Source: Callorhinchus milii
Taxonomy: Eukaryota
DNA length: 64,000 bases
Direction: 5' to 3'
Assembly: GCF_018977255.1 (NCBI RefSeq)
Contig: NW_024704743.1
Coordinates: forward strand, 2,916,001-2,980,000
The position numbers were made by a program, and so were the translations under genes. Below the pieces are notes generated by a model. The model ran no database searches and was not told the DNA's origin. It saw only the letters and a program-made list of their open reading frames with translations. Shown here piece after piece: positions 1-12,420 of the stretch. Within the stretch, counting starts at the first letter, position 1. Every line of letters starts with the position of its first letter.

Positions 1-326
1 GGGGGAGAGAGGGAAAGAGAGAGAGGGAGAGAGGGGGGCAAATAACAGAGAGAGAGTGAGAGAGAGAGAGAGACAGAGAGAGAGAGCGAGACAGAGAGAG
101 ACAGAGTGTGAGCGAGAGACCAAAAGAGTGTGTGTGAGACAGAGAGTGTGAGAGAGAGCGAGAGCGAGACAGAGAGAGAGACAGAGACAGAGAGCGAGTG
201 TGAGAGCGAGACAGAGAGAGACAGAGACAGAGACAGAGAGCGAGTGTGAGAGCGAGACAGAGAGAGAGAGAGAGCGAGTGTGAGAGAGAGAGAGACAGAG
301 AGAGAGAGAGAGCGAGTGTGAGAGAG
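1..326. repeat. (GA)n/(GACA)n compound microsatellite
   Basis: Direct reading. Confidence 0.95.
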
Positions 327-348
327 TGGCTCAGTGATGGACACTCAC

Positions 349-425
349 CCTCGCTGGAACAGGTCCACATTGTAGAACTTGTGTAACTCCACCGCAAACT
401 CGATAGTGCCCTGAACCTCAGACAT
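349..425 (-). CDS. FAM135B: FAM135 family protein (FAM135B-like), first coding exon; gene continues off the left edge of the window
   Basis: Reverse strand reads ATG(425-423) [25 protein letters not shown](G), followed by donor GG|GTGAGT at 348. The acceptor CCCTCAG| lies at 446 (exon starts 445). This matches the FAM135 N-terminus as recalled (FAM135B [26 protein letters not shown]). A versus B paralog assignment is tentative. Confidence 0.9.
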
Positions 426-439
426 GATCTATCCGGGGT

Positions 440-447
440 CATCACCT

Positions 448-483
<36 letters not shown>

Positions 484-516
484 GTCATGTTACTGCAGCT
501 CATCATCACCTGAGGG

Positions 517-547
<31 letters not shown>

Positions 548-1060
548 TGCACACACAGACACTCACACAAACACACACGCACAGGGTCATGTTACTGCAG
601 CTCATCATCACCTGAGGGACGCACACACACACACACACATGCACACACAGACACTCACACAGACACACACACACACACAGGGTCATGTTACTGCAGCTCA
701 TCATCACCTGAGGGACACACACACACACACACACACATGCACACACAGACACTCACACAGACACACACACACACACACAGGGTCATGTTACTACAGCTCA
801 TCACCCGAGAGACGCACACACACACACACAGACACACACAGACACACACACAGACACATACACACACGCACACACACACAGGGTCATGTTACTACAGCTC
901 ATCACCTGAGGGACACACGCACAGACACACACACAGATACACAAACAGACACACACAGACACATACACATACACACACCCACACACAGGGTCCTGTTACG
1001 ACATCTCATCACCTGAACACACACACACGCACCCACACTGACAAACACACACACACACAT
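440..1060. repeat. Minisatellite: repeated unit GGGTCATGTTACTGCAGCTCATCATCACCTGAGGGAC separated by (CA)n tracts
   Basis: About 6 copies of the unit (near 482, 583, 679, 780, 881, 988) interleaved with CA repeats. Confidence 0.9.
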
Positions 1061-1235
1061 ACACTCCCCCCCCACCCTACGCACGCAGGGGGTCACCTTC
1101 CCACACCAACAACGCTTTCACCGTTTCGCCCCCAACAAAATACACAGTCAATCCCCTCGACAATACATTGTGAAGGGTTTCGAGACTTCTCAACGACGTG
1201 ATAAGGCGCTGCATCAAATGCGAGGATTGTTATTG

Positions 1236-1273
<38 letters not shown>

Positions 1274-1713
1274 GAGACGCGGTGAGGGCTGGAGCGCTCC
1301 GCGAAGGAAACCGGAGAAAGTCACGTGAGGAGAGCGCGTGGAGGCGAGACAGGAGACACCCAACGGCCTCCGGACCAGACGCCCCGGACACGGGAGATGG
1401 ATCGACAAGCGAGTCTGAACTTCGGTCCTCAGGTGAAGCCTCTGCCGACTGCCAACAGCAGCTCCGTCTGTTAAACAGAGTAACGACAAGTTGCTCACGG
1501 CAAAGGGCTCGTCATCGATCAATCGATCGATGGCAACACGGAATAACACGTCAGCCTCGGCACAGCCCCGGAGCCTCGGGAGGTCCTCCCGATCGGGAGA
1601 GGCATCGGGGACTAAATCTGATTTGTTATCGGTGCTCACAGGCCCCGCAATCGCTGAGAGCCAATGTAACGACAAAACACACCGTAATATTAACAGTAAT
1701 ATATATTGTTGAA

Positions 1714-2867
1714 GTGTGGTGTGTGTGTGTTCTGTGTGTGTTGGGTGTGTATATGTTGGGTGTGTGTTGGGGGTGTGTGTGTGTGTGTTCTGTGTGTGTT
1801 GGGTGTGTATATGTTGGGTGTGTGCGTTGGGGGTGTGCATGTGTGTGTGTGTGTGTGTGTGTTGGGTGTGTATATGTTGGGTGTGTGCGTTGGGGGTGTG
1901 CATGTGTGTGTGTGTGTGTGTGTGTTGGGTGTGTATATGTTGGGTGTGTGTTGGGGGGGTGTGTGTGTGTGTTTTGTGTGTGTTGGGTTTGTATATGTTG
2001 GGTGTGTGTTGGGGGTGTGTGTGTGTGTTTTGTGTGTGTTGGGTGTGTATATGTTGGGTGTGTGTTGGGGTGTGTGTGTGTGTGTGTGTGTGTTGGGAGG
2101 GGGGAATGCATGTGTGGGTGCGTGAGTGTGTGTTGGTTGAGTGTGTCTTGTTGGATGCGCGAGTCATGTGCATGTGTGTGTGTGTGTGTATGTGTTGGGT
2201 GTGTATATGTTGGGTGTGTGTTGGGGGTGTGTGTGTGTGTGTTTTGTGTGTGTTGGGTGTGTATATGTTGGGTGTGTGTGTTGGGGGTGTGCATGTGTGT
2301 GTGCGTGTGTTGGGAGGGGGGAATGCATGTGTGGGTGCGTGAGTGTGTGTTGGTTGAGTGTGTCTTGTTGGATGCGCGAGTCATGTGCATGTGAGAGTTA
2401 TGTGTGTGTGTGTGTTTTGTGTGTATTGGGTGTGTATATGTTGGGTGTGTGTGTTGGGGGGGTGTGTACGTGTGTGTGTGTGTGTGTGTGTGTATGTTGG
2501 GTGTGAGTGAGGGGTGTGAGTGTGTGCAATGGGTCTGTGTGTGCGTGTGCGTGTGCATGGGTGTGAGTGCGTGCGTGGTTTTGAGTGTGCGTGTGGGTCT
2601 GAGTGTGCGTGTGCATGTGTGTGGGTGTGTGTGTGTGTGTGGGTGTGAGTGCGTGTGCGAGTGTGAGTGTGAGTGGGTGTGTGCATTTGGTGTGAGTGTG
2701 TTGTTGGTGTGAATTTGATTTATCACATGAAAACATTTCAAAGTGCTTCACAGGATTTAATAATCATAATAATAATAATAATAATAAACTCATAACCTAT
2801 TGAATTAATACTAAGAATAATTTGTAATCGACATATAAGCCCAAAGAACAACATAGGAATAATAATA

Positions 2868-2963
<96 letters not shown>
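1714..2963. repeat. GT-rich compound satellite (TGTTGGGTGTGTATATGTTGGGTGTGTG units) followed by (AAT)n
   Basis: Direct reading; the long ORFs here are low-complexity artefacts. Confidence 0.9.
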
Positions 2964-2965
<2 letters not shown>

Positions 2966-3699
2966 CCTGGCATTCGATATGAAGCCTCGTCACGTCGCGA
3001 ACACGTCTCAAAGCCCTTCACAGGATATATTGTAAAGCGTAGACAGCGCAACAGTGTCCCACAAACGGTCGTGGATGGAGTGACCACATTATTAATTTTT
3101 TTAAATTAATTTTCATCGACAACACGTGACGTCTTTCGCGTCGGGAGGACGTCCCGAGGGAGCTGGACGGTCAGGGATTTGGGAATGAGGAGGGGGTGGA
3201 GGGGGGCAGGGGAGTGGGGGGGGGTGGGGTGGGGTGGGGGGGGGTTAGGAGGGTGACCGAAGGCGCGGTCGAAGAGGAGGGGTCTTGAGATGGGTCTCGA
3301 AGGAGGCGAGGGAGGGAGGGAGGCAACCCCCCCCCCCCCCCCCTTCTCCTCCCTCTCCCACACGGGTAGACGGTGGACTAAAGCGTCCATGTTTCCTGCG
3401 GGAGGACGGGCAGGGGCCACCCGGGAGGCTCCGGGAATCCCTCACCATCCCACGGCCCCCACCCCTCCAGCCCCCAAGCCCACCACCCCCACCCCACCAC
3501 CCCCACCCCACCACCCCACCCCACCCCCACCACCCCACCACCCCACCACCCCCACCCCACCACCCCCACCCCACCACCAGCTTAGACCGTGCGATTCCAA
3601 GTCCTGACGCGGGGGCTTGAACCCACAATCTTCTGACTCAGGCGCGAGAGAGAGAGAGAGAGCGAGAGAGAGAGAGAGCGCTACCACTGAGCCAGACCG

Positions 3700-4870
3700 A
3701 CACTCACTGTGCGTTGCGACAGTAAACGGTAGCGCACGTAAGAACGACGCCTCGCGCTCACCACCCCGGGAGGCGTCCTGGAGCGCTTGGCGATGGGTGG
3801 AGACCGACGCTGAGCCGGGGGGGGGGGGGGAGAGGTGGGGTGGTGGTGGAGAGGGGGGGGGGTGGTGGGAGAGAGAGGGGGAAGGAAGGTGACCGCAGGG
3901 AAGCGCCGCACTGCGCCGCGCCGCGGGCCGCCACAGTGACGGCAGCAGTGCACAGCAACAGTTCACTCACGACGATGACGGACGGTCCTTCGCGTTCGAT
4001 GCAGGGCTCCCCCGTCGCCCCTTCGAGACGACTCGAAGGCGCCTCACGGGCTGCGCTGACGGAGCGCGGCGGCCGCATTGCCCCCCACACCCCCCCCCCC
4101 GGTCGGCCGTGCGCGAAGGCGGCAGGAGACGTATTTTCTAAATAAACGGGAAAAAAAAAGGTAGCGCTCGAGGCCGGCGAACCGACCGCTTCCCCCCGCG
4201 CCGAGTTGCGCCTCGGAACTTACCTCCGGGAGGGGAGGGGGGAGAGCCTTCGGTTGCGAGGAGGAGGAAGAAGAGGAGGAGGAGGAAGAGGAGGAGGAGG
4301 AGGAGGAGGAGGAGAGATTGTCACCATTTTACTTTAGGAGGTAAATGCAAACAGTCGAAAGAGTTGACGAGAGCTCAGGAATAAACAGCGACAATGATAT
4401 TAATAGTCACCGTAATAAACCCCCCGCGATCCAGACGGCGCCTTGTCACGTCTACCGTAGGCGCCTCGGAGCGCGTGGGCGGGATACACCCCCCCCGTCA
4501 AGTGTAGTGACTGCGTGTTGTGCGGGCGAAACGCGGCGGGGCGACGGCGCACGAACAGTCCCGGATTGAGTGGCCAAATTATTATTTGCCCCTTTTTTTT
4601 GGGGGGGGGGGGGGGCGGAGGGATTATCGCCCCCCCACCCCCACCCCACCCCTCCCCACCCCCACCCCGGAAAAAGCGATCCGTCGATGGACCGGCAAAC
4701 GGGGGTTCCTACTTACTGCCGAGAGAGAGGACCGCGGAGTAAGGAAAGTGGCCGAACGTTTCACTAATAAAGAGCGGTTAGAAAAGGGACATTTTCTGTC
4801 GCCGGTCTCCCTCTGCTCACGGGATAATTATAAATGAACGGACCGACAGCTCTCTCTCTCTCTCTCTCTC

Positions 4871-4901
<31 letters not shown>

Positions 4902-5010
4902 CTCTCCTACCTCGCAACTATTTTCGTCATCAAATCACCAGATAACCCTCCAAATTCCCTCTTGAATTTGCGGGCAAAACCGCAGCTATGCGTTGCGAGG
5001 TGTTCTGTGA
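3700..5010 (-). promoter_or_regulatory. CpG-rich putative promoter / 5'UTR exon region of the FAM135-like gene
   Basis: Visibly CpG-dense and upstream of the FAM135 coding exon. Strong minus-strand donors GAG|GTAAGT (exon end 4224) and GAG|GTAGGA (exon end 4911) are candidate non-coding exon ends. Confidence 0.45.
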
Positions 5011-5023
5011 ATTCTCTGTCTCG

Positions 5024-5055
<32 letters not shown>

Positions 5056-5274
5056 ATCTCTCTCTCTCTATCTCTCTCTCTCTCTATCTCTCTCTCTCTG
5101 TGTCTCTCTATCTCTCTCTCTCTCTCTAGCTCTCTCTATCTGTGTCTCTCTATCTCTCTCTCTCTCTATCTGTGTCTCTCTATCTCTCTCTCTCTCTCTC
5201 TAGCTCTCTCTCTCTATCTCTCTCTCTCTGTGTCTCTCTATCTCTCTCTCTCTCTCTCTAGCTCTCTCTATCTA

Positions 5275-5305
<31 letters not shown>

Positions 5306-5483
5306 CTCTGTGTGTCTCTCTATCTCTCTCTCTCGCTCTATCTCTCTCTCTCTCTCTCTCCCTCCCTCTCCCCCTTTTGCTTCAGCGCCGTGATGTCCTC
5401 CTATTGCGTGTCATCCATCAGCAAAGCCGTGTGCGTGTGCAAAAAAACATATTGCAGTCTCTCTCTCCCTCTCTCTCCCCCTC
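4850..5483. repeat. (CT)n/(CTAT)n microsatellites ending at an assembly gap
   Basis: Direct reading; 25 N at 5484-5508. Confidence 0.85.
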
Positions 5484-5874
5484 NNNNNNNNNNNNNNNNN
5501 NNNNNNNNCACCACCTCCCCCACTCCGGAAAAACCACCGACTTAACAAACGGGTTCTACTCACAGCAGTGAACAGCGGTAAACGGAGTCGTGGGGAGCCT
5601 AAGATTTCGCTCCCCCCTTTCTCCACGCGCGTTAATCATCCATCATCATAATAATAATAATAATAATTCTATTTATTATTATTATTGAATTATTATTAAA
5701 AATACTAATTAATGACGTTAATTCACCCGCGCGTGTGTCGTCGGTGCGTGCGTGTGCGCGGTGGGGGGGGGGCGGGGCGCTTGTGATAGTGTGCGCGTGT
5801 GTGTGTGTGAGTGCGCGCAGAGCGTGTACGTGTGACGCGTGGATGCGGGTGGCGGGTGCGCGTGCAAACCGCAC

Positions 5875-5925
<51 letters not shown>

Positions 5926-8237
5926 CCTTGCGTTTGATGCGACGGGACACGTGGATCGAGAGCGCTGTCTGGCCAAGCTTTACCCGTTGCGTGTCCAGCT
6001 CAGACCTGCCTACACCCGCTCGGGCTTGGGCTTTGCAGGGTTAACGGGAGCTGAGGTGGGTGGGGTGGGGTGGGGTGGGGTGGGGTGGCGGGTGGGGTGG
6101 GGGGGGGGCGCGGGGGAGGATGCCCTGTCTCCCCGGTGACCGGTCTGCCCTTCCTTCCAAGTCCTGACTGTGGCTGGCGACGTCAGAATCAGGCAATACC
6201 GTGTTGCGTGACCCTTGATATGCCGCGGGACACGCGTGGGACCCTGAGCCGCTTACGCGGCGTCCGTTAGTCACCGCCCGACACCACGTGCGTCACCAGC
6301 GCAGTTTGTCCTCATTAGGATCAGCAGCTTATGTGACGCACTTACGCGACGCACTTGCAGAAGAATTCACCCACGTTTTCAACTGCAAGGCCACACACGT
6401 GTGTCAAACTTCACCCCCGTGTGCGTGCGTGTGCGTGTGCGTGCGTGTGTGTGTGTGTGTCAGTTCAGCTCAGACCGGGCGCTCAAAGCCCTGACGCGGC
6501 TTTTTTCAACCCCCCCCGTGAACCTTTTTTGGCTCAGCGGCGAGAGTGTTACTGAGTCAGTCAGGCTGACACCTTCCGACGATGGTTATGATGGAGCTCA
6601 GTGGTTAGAGGGCCAACGAGAGGACCCGGGTTCGATTCCCGGGCGGGACGAAACATGGGGCAGGTTCCCTTACACCACACGCCCTCTTCTTTAGCTGTAA
6701 GTAGGAGCCTAGTTGTCGGTGGATCGCTTTTCCGGGGCTTAATAATACCTTAAACAATAATAATGATAATAATAATAATAATTTGGTCACTCAATCCGCG
6801 AATGCTTGCGCTTCTGGCCCGCGAAATGCCCAGTCACTACACTTTACAGCATATTCTGCGAAGGGCTTTGGGGCGTCTCGAAGACGTGATGAGGCGCGGT
6901 GCCAGATGCAAGGGTTAGTATTAGGATTATTATTATTAATTATAATTATTTTAATTACTATTTATTATTATAAAGCTTTGATCCGGGACTGGGCGGTGGT
7001 GGGGGGGGGGGGGGTGGGGGGTGGGGGAGGGGGGAAGTTTCACCACTGCAGCTTAGGAAGATCGCTACCTGCTGGCAACCTGCGGGCACTGCAGCAAACA
7101 CGCACACACACACACGCGCACACACACACGCACACACATACACGCACTCACATACACAGCACAGCGCCTTTCACGTCAAGAGGACGTGTCAAAGAGCTTC
7201 TCGCTGCCGGCTGGCGGCCAAGCCTCGGGGGATGGGGGGGGGGGGGTGCGGTGGCGCGAGCCGAAGAGGGTGGGGCCGGGGTGGGGTAAGGTGACCGGAA
7301 GCGCGATGAAAGGTGGGCTCGGGGCAGGGAGGGAGGGAGGGTTGAGTTGGAGGAAGAGGAACCTGCTCAGACGCGGTCAGGAGCTCTGGGACGCCATCCT
7401 GAGCGCGGGGGGAGCTGTGTAAAATTGGGCGAGGAGCTCTTCCTGGTCTCCCACCGCCGCCCTTCGCCCGTGTCGTCACCGCTGGCGATCCAAATCTTTC
7501 GGAGTCCTCTTTTTCACAGGGAATTTTTTAACTCCAAGAAGAGTTGGAGTTCGAGTTCTTGAATGGTGTCTTCGGCTAATTTTTTGGGGATGGACTTTAT
7601 TCGAAATGCGGGCGTGCGAGTGTCGTTAATTCAGTGCGGTCGGTGCCTCATTGGTTCCTTTAATGGGAGATCGCAAGGCGGAAGCCCTATAGCTCCCGGG
7701 TGAGAGGACCTGGGTTCGATTCCCGGGGCAGAGCGAAACGTTGGGCGAGTAAGTAAGTGGTTGTTAGTGGATTGGTGGGGGTAGGGCAATAATCCCTTAA
7801 ATTATTACCCTCCCATTGAGACATTATTTTATCGCTGACGTTCACTCACATCCCCTCAGCACGTCTACACTATCGCGTACAGTACAGTGCTTGAGCCAAA
7901 TGTCTTAAGAAACTCAAAACACATTGTTTTTGAAGCATCATTTGCTTTTATTCACTGACAACAAATCAACAAGGTGTGGGGAGGAGGAGTGGAGATAATG
8001 GTCCCATGTAGCAGGGAGCTAGGGGTGGGGGGTGGGGGGTGGGGGGTGCAGTGTGACGGTGATGAAGGTCCCACGGAGGAGAGCGGGGGTGGGGTGGGGG
8101 GTCAATGTGACGGTGAGGGTAGAAGACGAGACAGGACTCGGGGGCAGGGTTTGTTCATGGTGGTCAAGACTCTACTCTTGATCCCTCGGGATAGCGAAAT
8201 AGGTCTTGTTTTTCCATGTTCTCAATGTTCTGGTTGT

Positions 8238-8375
8238 TTATGGCTGTAGCTGCCTGTGTCTCCCCCCTCGCCGCGAGCGGTGATGGCGGTGATGGCGGTG
8301 GTGGCGTCCTCGCTTTTTCCCCTTCCCCTTCTTTGCCCGTCCAGACCTCTTCCTGTGGGAACGACCTCTTGCCAT
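8238..8375 (-). CDS. Protamine-like / sperm nuclear basic protein, copy 1 (45 aa, intronless)
   Basis: ATG at 8375-8373 and TAA at 8240-8238. Protein [53 protein letters not shown] at 8426-8419 and AATAAA at 7952-7947 on the minus strand. Protein identical to copy 2. Confidence 0.8.
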   Translation of the reverse strand: MARGRSHRKRSGRAKKGKGKKRGRHHRHHRHHRSRRGGRHRQLQP

Positions 8376-8757
8376 GATTGAGATTCAGCCGTGGTCTCGG
8401 TGGTGTTGTCGCGCAGCCTTTTTATAGTGATGTGTAGCCTCACCGCTCCCATTGTGATGTCTGGGCCATTGTGCATCGGTCCGTCGTGACCTTATAAGGT
8501 GCCCATCACTGTATCACTAACTACATTCACGAACCACATCACCAACCACATCATTAACTACATCGCGGACCACATCACCAATCACATCGCCCACCACATC
8601 GCCCACCACATCGCCGAGGTCCTGTCTGTGACACGGCAGCCATTTTCCGCACAGCCACGTCCTACAAGCAACCGTAACAACAATAATAATAATGATGATA
8701 ATAATAATAATAATTGGACGTTAAAGATCCCGCGGCATTATCGGAATAGAGAAAGGA

Positions 8758-8794
<37 letters not shown>

Positions 8795-10310
8795 TCCCGG
8801 GGTTCTGGCCTAAACCATCACCCCAAATAAAATTGGACAGTCACTTTACAGTAATGTTCCCGCGAAGCGGTTTCAGACGTCTCAACGACGTGATAAGGCG
8901 GTATATCAAATGCGAGGGTTATTATTATTATTATTATTATTATTATTTTGTCTGTTTGTATGATGTTGCTGTGCGCAAATTGGCCGCCAGGTTCGCTCAC
9001 AAAATACTCTCGACAAAATACAGTCGGTCTTGCGAAGCGCTTTGAGCTGCCACCTGCGTCAATGTAAATGAGGATTATTCTTCCAAATTCAGGTGGTTTC
9101 AAACACGTGGTCTTTCCTGTTCGTTCAGTGATCCTAAAAGAGCCACGGGTCACACGCAGACCGTGGTTACAATAATAATTACGATAATAATAATAATAAT
9201 AATCCTCGCATTTAATAGAGCGCCTCAGCACGTCTCCGAGACGTCGCAAAGCGCTTCACAGACTATACGGTAAAGAGAATCGACTGCGCATTTTGTGGGC
9301 GAAAAGCGGCAGCCAACTGCGCGCAGCCGCGTCCCCGCAAACAGTCGCGGATCGAGTGACCAATTTATTATTTGCTCCAGGAATCATTACCCCCCGGAAA
9401 ACTGATCCGCCAATCGACTGGTAACCGGGTTCCTGCTCACTGCTCGGCAAACAGAGACGCGTGCGGAGTACGGAAACTTCCCCAACGTTTGGCCCTGCCC
9501 GGGGATTCAAACCCAGGTCCTCTCGCTGGCGAAGCGAGCGCTCCAACCACTGAGCTGCAGGACTTCTTAAATTAAAGCCTCATTAAAAATCTTCGAATCA
9601 CAAGCGGTCGGTCGTTCAGCCTGAAAGTCCTCGGTCACCTTACAGCCCTGTAAAATCACCGCCGGATGCCCAGTATCCTGTGTATAAACTGTCTGGACAC
9701 CTCTGTGAGCTTCACGTGCTGTAATCAGTCGCGGCGATCGACGACAACTCTTAATTAGCGTCGCGGCGCGCGCGGTCCTGCCGCGGCCGATTACATCATG
9801 AAATAAGAATTAACGTCCTGGAGGAATTAGAAGCAGAACGTTGTGTGATAATCAGCAGAACGTTGAAGTTCCCGTGTTAAGTAAATGGAGTCCTGTAGGA
9901 AATTGGTCAGAGCGCTCACTCTCCTCGCCAGCGAGAGGACCCGGGTTTGATTCCCGGGCGGGGAGAAGCCCTCCGTCGAGTTTCCGTTACTCCGCGCACG
10001 CGCCTCTGTTTACCCGGCAGTGAGTAGGAACCCGGGTGTTGGTCGATCGTCAGATCGCTTTCCGGCGGGTAATAATCCCTCAACAAAAAAACGAGAACGG
10101 TTAATTTGGTCAACCTGTCCACCGCTGTTTGCGGGGCCGCTGGTGTGCGCAATCGGCTGCCGCGTTCCACTCGCAACATGCGCGGTCACTGCGCTCTACA
10201 GTGTACTTCCGTGAAGCGCTTTGAGACGTGAGGACGATTATTGCTACGATACATGTAAATGTTCGCTCTCTTGTCTCTCGCTGTGTGTTTACCGGATGGT
10301 TTCCTTCCAG

Positions 10311-10432
10311 GGGAAGGTGGCCCTGGCTCCGCCTGTCTCCAGGACACCTCGGTCCACAGCCAGACCTTCCAGATCCTCTACCGCACCATCCCCTGTCTCT
10401 TCCGTGTCCATCTCCTGCTGGACGGGGACAGA
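10311..10432 (+). pseudogene. Orphan, inverted duplicate of an internal FAM135 exon
   Basis: Splice context TTCCTTCCAG|...AGA|GTGAGT. Translation (G)EGGPGSACLQDTSVHSQTFQILYRTIPCLFRVHLLLDGDR resembles FAM135 [41 protein letters not shown] (recalled) with an internal deletion. It lies on the opposite strand to, and upstream of, the FAM135-like gene. Confidence 0.75.
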
Positions 10433-12170
10433 GTGAGTGATTTCACGGTTGCCTCGACCCTGAGTGGAGTCCAACTGACCGCGTTTCCCTACTTCCCTCT
10501 CTCCCTACCTATCTCGCTCCCTCCTTCCCTGGAGCGTCAGCCGAGACCGCGATGCGGGGCTGGAAGCTACAAGGTCCTGGGAGAGTTCACCTCCAGTGGT
10601 CGCTCCCAGCCATCTGGCGGCCACACACACACACGTTACACAGCGCTGGAGCCTGCGCCGCAACTGTGCAGCCGGGCTGTTTGGCTTCGGGAGATGTCTA
10701 CACGCCCACGGCTGCCTGCGGGTCACCGCAGGTCCTGTCTGCCTCTGCCTGTAGCTCAGGGCCTGGCCGCTCTGAGCCAGCTCAGCCCCAGGAAAACCTA
10801 AGCCTCCAGGCCCAGCGCTCTCTGGTCAGTCACCCGTCAGTCAGTAGGGGTGGGGGGGGGCAGTGGGTGGGTGGTGAGGAAACAGAGGTTGTAAGATAAT
10901 AATAATCGTTGGTATGAAATCACTAAGTTGGGGTATTAAGGGGCAAGGGCGGGTAATTGGACTTGAGGTACAGATCAGCCGTGATCTTATAGAATGGTGG
11001 AACAGGCTCGAGGGGCTGAATGGCCTCTTCTTGTTTCTCTGTCTCAAGGACAGAATCGGACACACTCCCCCACTCCCCCCCACCCCAACCACCTCCCATT
11101 CATTCATCAGCTAACGCCAGGGCTTTACTCTACTCCTGGTGAGATGTCTGGGGGCTAATTTGTGTTTTATGTAGACTTTTTAATAAATAATGTAGAATGA
11201 TGTCTCTGTCAGTCACTGTACGTGCCGGGATGGGGGAGGATTATCTGACATCAAGGCTTAGCAGCTGTGCCGTCGCTCCCGCGCCAGTTACTCCGTTTGC
11301 CGAGCAGTCAGTCGGAAAAGGAACGCTTTTCCGGGATTAATAACCCCTTTAAAAAAAACAATAAAATAAAGCCTGTTTGGATCTGGAATGCGTTGCCTGA
11401 AGGGGTGCTGGAAGCCGATCCGATAACAAGTTTCAAGAGAGTGGATAGATACTTGCGGAGGACAAATTTCCAGGGCGTTGGGGAGAGTATAAATTTGGAC
11501 AGCTCTTTCAAAAGAGGCCGAATGGCCTCCTTCCGAGTTGTAGCGTTCCACGATTCTATGAAATCCGCCACTGTTTGCGGGACGCTGCTGTGCGCAGTTG
11601 CCTGCCGCGTGTCGCCCTCAGAAAATACAGCCACCGCACTCGACAGCGTATCCCGCGAAGCGCTTTGAGACGGGATAAGGTGCCGCATCGAATGCGAGGA
11701 ATATTCTGTAGTAAAATACCTCGACGCGTGATTTGTGCTGTCGTGCGTGAACACAATACCCGATCACTGCACTGTGATAAGGCCAGTCTGTCTGAAAGCG
11801 CTTCACGGGAATATTACTGTAAAGTGACTGTCCGGTTTTATTTGGGGAATGGTTTAGGCCAGGAAACCGGGAGGGAGAGAGAGAGAGAGAGAGAGAGAGA
11901 AACTCCTTTCACTTTTCCGATAATGCCGCGGGATCGTTAACGCCCAATTATTATTATTATTATCATCATTATTATTATTGTTACGGTTGCTTGTAGGACG
12001 TGGCTGTGCGAAAAATGGCTGCCGTGTCACAGACAGGACCTCGGCGATGTGGTGGGCGATGTGGTGGGTGATGTGATTGGTGATGTGGTCCGCGATGTAG
12101 TTAATGATGTGGTTGGTGATGTGGTTGGTGAATGTAGTTAGTGATACAGTGATGGGCACCTTATAAGGTC

Positions 12171-12240
12171 ACGACGGACCGATGCACAATGGCCCAGACA
12201 TCACAATGGGAGCGGTGAGGCTACACATCACTATAAAAAG
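12171..12240 (+). promoter_or_regulatory. Proximal promoter of protamine-like copy 2: two CACAATGG motifs and a TATA box
   Basis: CACAATGG at 12185-12192 and 12202-12209, TATAAAAA at 12232. The same layout occurs in copy 1 (8419-8473, minus strand) and copy 3 (62983-63037). Confidence 0.65.
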
Positions 12241-12282
12241 GCTGCGCGACAACACCACCGAGACCACGGCTGAATCTCAATC

Positions 12283-12420
12283 ATGGCAAGAGGTCGTTCC
12301 CACAGGAAGAGGTCTGGACGGGCAAAGAAGGGGAAGGGGAAAAAGCGAGGACGCCACCACCGCCATCACCGCCATCACCGCTCGCGGCGAGGGGGGAGAC
12401 ACAGGCAGCTACAGCCATAA
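12283..12420 (+). CDS. Protamine-like / sperm nuclear basic protein, copy 2 (45 aa, intronless)
   Basis: Kozak aatcATGG at 12283, TAA at 12418-12420. Composition 14 R, 6 K, 8 H, 7 G, with no acidic, aromatic or Cys residues. TATAAAAA at 12232-12239 and AATAAA at 12703-12708. Confidence 0.8.
   Translation: MARGRSHRKRSGRAKKGKGKKRGRHHRHHRHHRSRRGGRHRQLQP

Noticed and set aside
429..2751. Long His/Thr- or Cys/Val-rich ORFs
   Set aside because: Translations of (CA)n/(GT)n satellites.
6590..6660. tRNA-like sequences here and at many SINE heads
   Set aside because: Degenerate, multicopy and always followed by SINE body and tail; these are SINE heads, not tRNA genes.
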